Shown: positions 49,619 to 64,000 of the stretch, piece after piece
Numbering within the stretch: the stretch's first letter is position 1
How the letters are laid out: each line of letters starts with the position of its first letter
Origin: the human T2T-CHM13v2.0 reference genome, Homo sapiens
Length of the DNA: 64,000 nucleotides
Reading direction: 5' to 3' (one strand)
Assembly (NCBI RefSeq): GCF_009914755.1
Contig: NC_060945.1
Translations under genes and position numbers: made by a program
Notes under the pieces: generated by a model
Told to the model about the DNA's origin: nothing
The model's database searches: none
The model's input: only the letters and a program-made list of their open reading frames with translations

Positions 49619-50064
49619 CCAACTGAAAGGGTGTTTTCAAAGCTAATGAACAAAATCTGGGTCTGGCTTCTTGGCTATGAAGTCTTGGCAAGGTGAACAA
49701 GGATGGCAAATTCAATAGGAGTCTGCAGGCCTCAATCTGCTAGCTCTTTGGTGGTCTTTGGGAGGACTGTCTAGCTCAAATTACCTCATTTTGCAGATGG
49801 GAGGAAAAGAGCTCAGGTCAAGTGACTTGCCCACAGAGCCAACTGGCAGAAGAACTAGACTGAAAATCCAGGTCTCCAGTTCTCCATCCAAGAGTGGTAA
49901 CTCAACTCACTCATTTAAACTCTGTTCAAAATGGTTCATTTGGCCCATTTCCTTTGGCTTTTACAAAAGTAGTTCACTTTTAGACTGTGAAGTACTTTAA
50001 TATTATAATCTACAATGTGGTCAATTTGACAATAAAACTAGACTTAAATTAGCTAGCAAGCCAT

Positions 50065-50590
50065 ATAGAACAGCTGGGAATGCAGTCAGCGGCAGAGAAT
50101 AGACCACATGTCAAACCGTGGCTTAAACACACGGTAGGATTATGTATCTCACCTAAGAAGTGACACTGAAGCTAGGGCCACTGCAGATATTCCATGATGC
50201 CATCAGGGACCAGCGTATTCCTATCTTTCTGTACTGCCATCCTGAGCACGTTGGTTTTATCCTCGTGTTTTATGGTCACAGAAATTCAAGACTCTGTGTC
50301 CAAGTTCCAGACAGAAGGCAGGAGAAACAAGACAAAGGTGAAAGGTTTTCTGTTGTTGTTTTTTCCTCTAATAAAGCTTTGCTGTTACTTGGGAGGGACA
50401 TACTCCTCAGCAAATTCCACTGAGGCCATATGTGCCATTACTGTGATCTGGTCACATGCACCTGCAAGGGAATCTGTGAAAGTATTTTCAGCAGAGCACA
50501 TTGTCACCCTGAACAAAAAAAATCTGGAATTCTTTTAGAAAGGAAAAAATGGGAATGAATATCAAACAGGCGAGTAGCAGAGGCTCCCAC
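50065..50590. mobile_element. MLT1-family (MLT1I/J-like) MaLR LTR
   Basis: gtggcttaaac, ccatgatgccatcagggacc, ctgccatcct, gcacattgtcaccctgaacaaaa. Confidence 0.65.
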
Positions 50591-50770
50591 ACTATGGAAT
50601 TTAAAGTATATTTTTCGATTTCTTTATGTTGTCTTTTCAAAAGACAGACAGAATTCCAGGAAGCAAACAGAATTCAGAGTAAAAAGTACTGCAACTAAAA
50701 CCACAGTAACTTCCCAATCCATGACATTGGGAAGAATGAGAAGGGAAAGATGTATCAAAACTGACTCTGC

Positions 50771-50897
50771 TGCCAGGATGGCGGCACCTGGGGGTGTCAT
50801 CCCAGCTACTTGGGAGGCTGTGGTGGGAGGATCACTTGAGCCCAGGAATTTGAGGCCAGCCTGCATAACTTAGAGAGACCCTACCTCTAAAAATAAA
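50771..50897 (+). mobile_element. FLAM monomer
   Basis: Single monomer gggaggatcacttgagcccagg followed by A-rich tail. Confidence 0.8.
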
Positions 50898-50917
50898 TGT
50901 TTAAAATAAAGACATTA

Positions 50918-51341
<424 letters not shown>

Positions 51342-51726
51342 TCAGATTAAAAGACAATATTTCTATGAACTGCTGGGGACTAAAATGATGTTGGCCAGAA
51401 TCATGGGAATGAAAGGCCAAAAATGCCTGAGGTCTTTGGACTTCTGCCCGAGGTGTGCCCTCTCTTCCTCATCTCTCAAGAGGTAAAGATGATTCAAGAA
51501 AGTGGGGGAAATGTTCTGGCAATGTAATTACTGTAAAATGCCAAAGCCTCGGTTTCCTTGTGCTATGGGCCCAGATCTGCCTTGTGAAGATAAAACACCA
51601 GTATTGTTAGTAACTCTGAACTGTGTGCCTGCCACCACCCTCAATACTTCACGTGCGTCTTCTCTCACCGTCCTCAGAACCACACCAAAGCAGCTACAAT
51701 GATTTCACTTTATAAGAGAAGGCAAG

Positions 51727-52076
<350 letters not shown>

Positions 52077-52579
52077 TCACATAGAGAGTAAATGGCAGAA
52101 CTGGGAGAATTAAATGAATTAATATCCCTAAAGTACTCAACTAGTGCCCAGAACAAAGTTGCTCAATAAATTATATTAATAGTATCCTTCTCCCCAGTAT
52201 CTATCTCATCAACCACAGTAGTTTCTCATAATAATAATCATAGTAATCAAAACAGCAACAGCTACTCTTCATCATTCACTAATCACCTATTTCGCACCTA
52301 CTGAAGACACTGGGGTTTTATATGTTCATTGCACCATCACCACCTACTTGTAGCCCCACAGAGATGACATGGTACTGTTTTACATGTGAGTACTGCTTAT
52401 GATGGGGTGAATACATGACAGCAATCAACACAGCGGGGTGGAGTCCCTACGACTGGAGAAGCAGAGAATCTGAGTGATCAACTCTTTCAACTCTTGCACC
52501 GAGTGCTGGTCCTGGCTGGGAGGGGGTGTTTCCTAAATCCCCTCTTGCAGCCACTGTCCTTTATCCACTAACTCTTCAC

Positions 52580-53320
52580 TGCATACTTACAATTATGTCT
52601 CAGTGCTAAGAATACAGCAGTGAACAAAACAGATAAAACGATATATGATCCTAGCGGGGAAGCGATAAAAAATACAGATAAAAATACAGTGTCTGTTGGA
52701 TGGTAATAAATGTTACATAGATAAAGCAGAGAAAGGGGTGGTTTGTTTGTTTTTTCTGAGGGGTGAAATTTTAAATAGGGTGGTCAGGGAATGCCTACTT
52801 GAAAATATGACATTTCAGTGAAGACTTGAGGAAGTGAGGGAACAAAGTATTCAGAATCAAAGGGAAGAATATTCTAGCCAGAGGAAGCAACAAGTATTAC
52901 ACAAAGTCTTGAGGCAGATGCATGCCTGGTGAACTCACAGAAGAACAAGGAGATCAGTGCTGTCGTGGAGGAATGATGTGGAAGAGATCAGTGGGCAAGC
53001 GAGTGAGTGACAGCCAGGACAGGACAGGGACAGCTGACTGCACGGGGCCTTAAACATTGTCCAACTCTGGCCAGTACTCAGAGTAATGCTGGAAGGCTCT
53101 GGGGTGGTTTTCTAAGCTAATTATTCTTGCCCTAGGGGGTCAAGACTAGAAGTGAGAAGACCAGGAAGGGGGCTCTGGCATTAATCCAGGTGGGAGATGA
53201 CAATGACTTGGACCAGGATGAGAGCAGTAGAGGTGGTGCGTGTTCTCAGATTCTGGATGTCGTCTGAAGGTCAGATCTAAATAATCAAATAGAAAGGAGT
53301 CAAGAATCTAGCTTGTTTCT
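52580..53320. mobile_element. L2 fragment
   Basis: aatacagcagtgaacaaaacaga, aaatagggtggtcagggaa, atccaggtgggagatgacaatgacttggaccagg. Confidence 0.75.
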
Positions 53321-53956
53321 ATTCCAACAGCTAGAAGATGCTTTATACTGAAGATGATGGAAAAGTCTGGACAAGACTTTCCTAATTTTTCTGTGTAGAT
53401 GTGTAGACAGGTAGAACTTTTGAGAATTATGTACTTACTAACTTGTATACACTAGATATGTGTATATGAAAATGACAGCTACAGATAAATGTTTTCTTAA
53501 GTGATTTTTTATTTTACCATTTCAGACTCTTACTCCACAAATTTTTTTGTCTTGAATGTGCTCATTATATGCTATCTTTTGTAACTTTCACATTAACAAA
53601 TAGGCTGGGAAAATTTTCCTGGGAGGCATCTGTACTCAAGAGACGGGACGATTACTTCACAGAAACAGCCAAACATTTCTCAACAAACTTTCCATGTGAT
53701 AAAACTGTTATGGTTTTAGCTTCAGAGTGTGGGCAGTTACTGGGTTCTCAAAGAGGACATGAGGGTGAATTACACATCCTTTTAAAAAGTGGCTGTTGCC
53801 GTCACCAGCATTTCACTGTAACTATTACCGGATAATAGTGAGAACTGACAGATGGGATTCTTCAGATGAGAACTATTTGCCAGATGGTAGGAACTAAATG
53901 GATCAAGATAAGCAAAAAGGCAAAAGAAGTGAAAACTAAAAGTTTTACCTAAATCA

Positions 53957-54412
<456 letters not shown>

Positions 54413-54495
54413 TTAAAATAATAAAAATAGTGCAAAGGATTTACTTTAAAAAAGAGAAAAGAAAAAAAAAACCACGGGAACAAAATAAGTATTTA

Positions 54496-54857
<362 letters not shown>

Positions 54858-54861
54858 TTAA

Positions 54862-56545
<1,684 letters not shown>

Positions 56546-56600
56546 ATTTAATGGCTTGATATAAAAGTTCACATAATAAGGTGTCATGCCAAACTCCTAC

Positions 56601-57380
<780 letters not shown>

Positions 57381-58016
57381 TAGAGGCATACCTATTTGAT
57401 TCCACATCAACATTCTAGCCTTCAAAAAAAAGTCTATAAAATTATTGTAGTTGAAAAGAACTAGAATTAAAAAGAGCTTACCAACTCAGGCATCTCATCT
57501 GTGGTATCTATTAATAACTAGACAGCGCTTGGTTTGACTTTTTTTTAGAAAAAAATATAAGTAATGTGGCATTTAAATTTTTTAAAAATTCAAGAATTTC
57601 AAAATTATCACATATATACCGAAAATTCTTTGCTTTCCAAATTTAACCTTGTCTTAGGAATGTAAACTAACTGGTCAGAGAATTCATTCCCCTTTACAAA
57701 TGAGGAATCTTGAGCCTGATGAGGTTTGCACAAAGCTAATGACAGAGGTGGGCTCAACTCTGAAAACCGACTCTCATTCCAATGTTCAGGACCCCAAGAA
57801 ATGTTACAGTAGTCTTACTAATTTTGAATGACAGCTTCCTCATTAACCAACCCAAGATAAGTTATAGGTGCTTTTTTGTTGCCTCTTTTTGACTGCACTA
57901 TTAGTCATATCTTGATTTTATCAATAACAGGACTTCTTGTTACAAGTATTTAATAATTCCAACATTCGTTAAAAGATGGAATTGTAAGAGTAATAGTTGT
58001 TAAAGCTTTCCAGATT

Positions 58017-58345
58017 AGGGGTTTTCAAACTCAAACCATGCTTCAAAATCACCTGGGATCCTGATCAGTCTGCAGATTCATCTTCTCCCTAGCTCCACAG
58101 CCTAGATCTGATTTACGTGTTCTGGGACGCGCCTGAAAACAGACCTTCCCAGGGTGGCTCTGCTTCAGGTGGCTCATGGATCACACTTTGAGAAATGATA
58201 TTTGGAGCAGGGCTTCTCAAGCTTTACAGTGCCTATGAATCACCTGGGGGCCTTGTTAAAATGCAGGTTTTGATTGGACAAGTCTAGGGTGGGACTGAGT
58301 CTGCTTTTCTAACAAGCTCCCAAGTGATGTGATTCAGCTGTTCCT
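58017..58345. mobile_element. Two adjacent MER5-family MITEs
   Basis: gttttcaaac..aatcacctggg..cacactttgagaaa; cagggcttctcaa..gaatcacctggggg..ctaacaagctccc. Confidence 0.7.
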
Positions 58346-58449
58346 TCCGGCAGTAAGGGTCTACTTAAGATAACCCATTACAACTAATCTCATTAAGGTT
58401 TTTAAAAATTTTAAGTTACAAGTTATTGCTTTGTAAGACACTCTTTGCT

Positions 58450-58750
58450 TACCCACTTTTAATTATACAGTTTAGTGTTAAGTAGATTCATATCGTTGTA
58501 CAACCATCACTACCTTCCATCTCCAGAACTGTTTTCATCTTGCTAAACTAAAACCCTGCACACCATTAAACAACTCCCCATTCCCCCACCTCCACTCCCC
58601 ATTCCCCCACCTCCACTCCCCATTCCCCCACCTCCAGAACCTGGAAACCACCATTCTGTTTTCCATCTTTTTGAATTTGACTCTTCAAATTCAAAAAGGT
58701 ACCGCATATAAGTAGAATCAAGTATCTGTCTTTTGGTGACTAGCTTGCTG
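58450..58750 (-). mobile_element. L1MB-type 3' UTR fragment containing a 21-bp x3 repeat
   Basis: tcgttgtacaaccatcactacc.tccatctccagaac.gttttcatcttgc. Confidence 0.75.
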
Positions 58751-59185
58751 TGTCCTTTTAAAAAATAAAAATTTTCATGCTTCTCTTCCATAAACCTGCA
58801 TCTCATCCTATAGATTTGTCACTTTTGGCACCAACTTAAGGACTGAGCGCCTTTTCACACATCCCTAAGAGCCAAGCTGCTCCTGGTTCGCCTTTTGTTT
58901 AATTATAGAAGTTACAAAATAAGGTAGAAAGAGTTCTAGATTTGAAAACAACACAATGACTCAAGCAGATCAAGTGATTTCCAAATATTAAAAGGTGATA
59001 TGATAAATGCCTCCTGGCCAGAGAGGTGCACATAGGGTGAGAGACAAGAATAAAAATTAAAACTTAACATAATTTGATAAGAGATCATCTCTGCTACTGC
59101 TGAGTATTACTAAATACCATTCTATGCAGGTCCATGTAGGATACAAAAGAACCGAGATATAGTTCTGGACCAAAACAGCTTGGAG

Positions 59186-59505
59186 CAGCTTTGTCTCACA
59201 GAAATATAATAGAGGCCACATATCTAATTTAAAATTTCCTGTAGCCACATTAACATAAAAAGGTAAAAAGAAACAGGTAAAATTAATTTTATTAATATAT
59301 TTTAACCCAGTACATCCTAAATTTCATCATTTCAACATGCAATCAATGTAAATAATTATCATTAAGACATTCTACATTTGTTTTTTTCTCCCAGACTAAC
59401 TTTTTAATATCTGGTGGGTTTTTTATACTCACAGCATAGTTTGGACTAGCCAGGTTTCAAATATTCAATGGCCATGGGTGGCTAGTGGCCACCGTTGGGC
59501 AAGAC
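59186..59505. mobile_element. MER33-type MITE
   Basis: aatttaaaatttcctgtagccacatt..aaaaagaaacaggtaaaattaatttt..gtggctagtggc. Confidence 0.75.
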
Positions 59506-60479
59506 AGACTTAGCATCAGATTTTAGAGATCAATAATATATTTCAAGGAGTAGTGACTTGAATGTGGACAGGTTGGGGTTATGGGAGAAAATCTAAAGCC
59601 AAAGACACAAACCTAGGCAGAGAAACCATAATAAGCTTGAATACACTGAGACTGCAGTACACCATTTTATGCGCTATGCTATCTTAACGCATACATTTTA
59701 GTCAATGGGAGGCATATCACTAGGATTCTATGTTACCATCATTAACCCTATTGATCAGCAAACTGCTCATCTCCCCCCATTTCTCTTGTTGCAGTTCTCA
59801 TATCATAAATTGTATTTATAGGTGTGTGATTAATTCTAATACAGAAATTAATTTAAGGTTTCCTTTAGACTTGAACCTACTTTAGCTTAGTTCAGTCCTC
59901 TGTATCCCGAGAGATGAGCTGAAAAAGCAGATATAGTAGAGATAATTCTAAATTCCCTACTTTGTTTCTTCAAAATATAGGTATTCTCACTGGTTGCTTT
60001 CTCCTAACACTTTCCTTTCTTTCTGCCTTATTTAAAAAAAAAAAACAAAAAACTCAAAGCCTGATAGATTTTAGAGACGCAATTAATTAAGGTTATATAC
60101 GGGGCTTTTTAAAAACCACATAATTGCCGACAAAATACCAACCAGGTTGGTGTTCCGTGAGGCAAAAGAACCACAAGTCATTACCAAAACCTTAACTCAT
60201 ATGGGAAGGTAAAAATATACAGCATGCTGTTTTCACATACCATACTCAGAAAGCCATGTGCGAGGGAGGCTATAATCAAGACAGGAAGAGGCATTTTCAC
60301 AGATAACTTCTTAACGGGGTTGTAGACTGTCACTCTCACGCCCCTCACTTGTTCTTTCCAACCTATTACCATCTGGCCTTGCTCCAACAATCTGCAACTC
60401 TTCTTTCAAGGTCAAGAACAACAAATGCCATCAGTCTCTTCTCAGCCCTCCAGTTCTCTGACTACTCTGCCACATTCTC

Positions 60480-60784
60480 TTTTTTTTTTTTTTTTTAAAG
60501 AGACGGGGATACCCTCTGTCAACCAGGCTGGAGTGCAGTGCTGTGATCATAGCTCACTGCAGCCTCCTGGGCTCAGACAACCTTCCTGTCTCAGCCTTCC
60601 AAGTAGCCGGGACTACCGGCACATGCCAACATGCCTGGCTAATTTTTTTTTTAATTATTTTTTGTAGAGACAGGGGTCTCGCCACGTTGCCCAAGCTGAT
60701 CTCAAACTCCTGGCCTCAAGCAACTCTCCTAGCTTCAGCCTCCCAATTTGCTGGGATTCTAGGCATGGGCCACTGAACTTGGCC
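60480..60784 (-). mobile_element. AluJ
   Basis: Diverged reverse dimer. Confidence 0.88.
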
Positions 60785-62797
60785 CACTTTTCTTCTTTAA
60801 ATTCAATCTTCTCCAGTTTCCACCAATCTATCTCAAGCCAATCATTCTTTCCCTCTCATTGGCTCCTCTTTTCATAATTCTGATTATAAAGTAAGGCTCT
60901 GTCTTCTACTCTTCTTGCTTTCTCACTCAGACATATCATCCATGCCTAAGGGTCAACAGCCTCCTCCACTCTTTCAATTCTGACCTTTCACTTAGCATTC
61001 CCAGTCGCTTGCTGCATGCTTCCAATTGCAGGGTATTAATTACTTTTAGCAAATGTACTAGAATCAAGTGCCCAACTGATTATCAAATTCCGGAAGTGTA
61101 CCCAAAGGACAATGACTAATTCCTCATTGGGTCAAAGTCTTTCCTATGTGGAAGCAAGAGAAAGGAACAGAACTAACACTGAACATTGTGAGGAGCCCAA
61201 AACATGACTCCTGCTGAACACATTCTATTTGGTTGTAGAACCCAACCAATATAGGCCCCGTTGATCGATTTCCCCACAACAAGAGGAGGTCATAAAAATC
61301 ATGCTTCCACTTTCTCAATAGATACTTATCGCTCATGAATGTCTGTGAATCAGAAGACCATGGGACTATAACTCTACTCCACTCAAACTCTCCATACTCC
61401 CAAAGCTGGACCTCATGGTCCTCAGATCATGTAATACTCAGACACAGCACTCCAGTAAACCACTTTCTGGCCAGAAACTCATCCTTCCCATAGTTCCTCT
61501 CCCTTCCATCCACTACAGCTTGTTCATCATGATCCTGAGGTCCTGGATGCTGCAGCACTCTCTGCAGTTATCAGGGGAGGCTTCACTGCCTTCAGTTCAT
61601 TTCCCTGCCAGCCTGGTCTAGGACCCTCAGCACACACACTCATCACTGCACATATCACCAACGACCACCCACATGCTTTTGATGCCCAGGCTCATTTGGT
61701 CCAGCCTATTTCTCTCCTAAGTGTGAGACTCAATAAATACACAACCACCCCACTGTGCTCTTCAAGAGCTTATTAACTGCCTCTTTTAGATTCTCCTGGG
61801 TATAGTCCAGACTTAAAATGCCTCACTTTGGGAGACAATGTAATTTAACCATTGGAGGAACAAATGTTGGTCTATATATTTCAGGCATTTTCCAAATAAA
61901 AACCTCCAAGAAAAAGCAAACTTGTATCTTAAAAGATGCAGAACTATTTAGGGCAAAAAGTACACAGAGAATGAGAAAGAAAAAAGATGTCACTGCATTT
62001 AACAAAAGAGTTAACAATATTGTTAACAATAACAAGAGTTAGCCATGAAGTAATTAGGATATAGTACTTGAAACTGGCACCACCTTTTACCAGGCATTAC
62101 AATATTGCTATGAGTTCACAAAGCTCTGTTAGAGCAGAGGAAAAAGAAGGATTTGAATTCTGTCACTGTACTAGCAACACCACCTAGGGATGAGGAAGAC
62201 AATATCTAATAGAATAACAAATAAAGTAAGTATACATGATTCATCAAGCTCTTCAATAAAAATGTATTTTAGAATTTATCAACATCCCTTTTGAATCATG
62301 TTTCAAAAATCACACAATCTGTTCAAACACGGATAGACCCCCAGATAAATCAGAATCTCTCTCTCTGTTACCACGCCTCTGTGGACTTAGAAATCACCAC
62401 TTAGATTTGTAAACAAGGCTTAGTTTCATTATTGTAAATCAATTTGGCAGGACTTATCACTCCACAGAGAGCTGAAATAATTGAATTTCTGGACTTCTAA
62501 GGAAGAAGGTTTAAGTACATTAAGGCTTCCAAAAGGAAGATCACCAACTCTTCTTTAGCAGAAAATGCCCCTGGAGAATTTTGAACCATTTCTTGATCTA
62601 GTGGCAACTGGATGTTATCAGTGGCAACTAAGGTATCTGTCTACACCTGCTGAGGCTCACAAGTAAAAACTAAAAAGTACTGTGAATCTCTGTGATAATG
62701 GAGCGTAAAGCTACCACTTAAGTCTTTATTACTAGTAAGTAACGGATTTTAAGAAAAAAAGAGATACTCAAATCTATCTATAGATAACCAAAAAACC

Positions 62798-62911
62798 AAA
62801 CAAAACACCCAGAAAAATCTAAGGTTGAAGAACATATATAATTTGAGACTTTTGAAACAAAACACCCAGAAAAATCTAAGGTTGAAGAACATGTATAATT
62901 TGAGACTTCTG
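62798..62911. repeat. Tandem duplication, 57 bp x 2
   Basis: Units at 62798 and 62855, two mismatches. Confidence 0.93.
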
Positions 62912-64000
62912 ATCAGAGCCTTCCTCAATAATGTAAGTTTAAAAACTATTACCAAAGTGACAAGATCCCATGTCAGATAGCAGAATGAGAACAAGGCTAC
63001 TCTTCAACTTAGTCATCCTCTTTTATCACTACAACTTCAATCATAGATGTAAATGGAAATTTCTGCTTCCTTTGCTACTTTTCTGCTTGACTGAATTTTA
63101 TAATGAAAAACGTCTGTTCCTTCCAGGCAGAGCACGAGTGTCATTCAAATTGTACACACCAGGCAAAGAGTGAATGCATTTGTTTAGATGCAAAAATCAT
63201 TTAAATATGTGTCATTATAGGCTGCAGCACATTTGCGGATTCGGCAGTTTAAAATTCTCTTAAGCAATAAAGCAAGGCATCAAATGAAAGTGCACTCAGG
63301 CTTCAAACATCTTCAGACTATGTTTTCCTGTTTGCACACAGCGAGCCCCGCCTTCCTTTCCTGACCCCACTCAAACAGAAAGCAGTGGAACCATGCCCTA
63401 GCCCATCCTATTACCCCAAACGTCTTCCAGGTCAGCAATCCAAAGTCACGTGAAAGCTCCATCTTCAGTTTCCCTCTCCAGGGAGCAAATATTTTGAAGA
63501 GCAAGCATTCCAAGCAAGCAGAAACTCAGCCTTTAAATCAAACTAAGCTTAAAAGTAAGGTCCTGCCGCACACAGAAGGCAACAGAAAAGTGTCTGAAGA
63601 GATAGCTCCCATTTTATATTTAACATTTAGAAATGAGAAAACTGTGTGTGATTAATGCTTATAATTAGAGGGGGTTAACCCTTATTTCAAATAATGTAGT
63701 TCCTGTCTTTCATTTAAAATTATAAAGATGACTAAAATGTACATGAAAGGAAAATTACAGTTAGGATCTGCTGTGTTTTAACCCAGAACTGTGGTTTTTT
63801 GAAGAAAATGCTGGAAAAGATTCTGATTTGGTAAGAATATCTGGATATGAGAATCTTCTAAGAAAGGTGATTTACCATTTTCAGGCCAAAGGCAGAGAGT
63901 TTCTAACAATGATAAAATTAACAGGCTGTAGGATCTTCATTCTCTAAGCTTCAGGTGACCCTTTTAATGACTAAATAAAGTGTGTACTCAAGGTCACCCA

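Noticed and set aside
58543-58806. Gly-rich ORF (GSGGGGM)x3
   Set aside because: Translation of the 21-bp tandem repeat inside an L1 3' UTR.

Overview
This window is primate (almost certainly human, chromosome 21) genomic DNA from inside the amyloid-beta precursor protein gene APP, transcribed on the minus strand. It holds three coding exons with canonical GT-AG sites: exon 4 (45354-45466, 113 nt), exon 5 (43119-43312, 194 nt) and exon 6 (13950-14152, 203 nt). They encode about residues 119-289: the end of the growth-factor-like domain, the copper-binding domain and the acidic, Thr-rich region. Everything else is intron (parts of introns 3 and 6, all of introns 4 and 5), dense in repeats: more than 30 Alu/FLAM/FAM copies, three THE1 solo LTRs, other LTRs, old L1, L2, MIR and CR1 fragments, and DNA-transposon MITEs. 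Most ORFs in the supplied track are Alu, LTR or antisense artefacts. I see no convincing new gene system. The best leads are: (1) exons 4-6 form a 510-nt phase-symmetric block that would be a stop-free circular ORF if back-spliced; (2) a 96-nt in-frame candidate cassette exon in intron 6; (3) strong cryptic donors 3 and 11 nt into exon 4, one of which would delete the copper-binding histidines in frame; (4) a recent 72-bp x4 tandem array next to a 163-bp Alu-arm duplication just upstream of exon 6; (5) a Helitron-like head-to-head palindrome split by an AluY; (6) a CR1/L3 endonuclease relic; (7) a near-consensus young AluY. Repeat subfamily names come from recalled consensus sequences and need Dfam/RepeatMasker confirmation.
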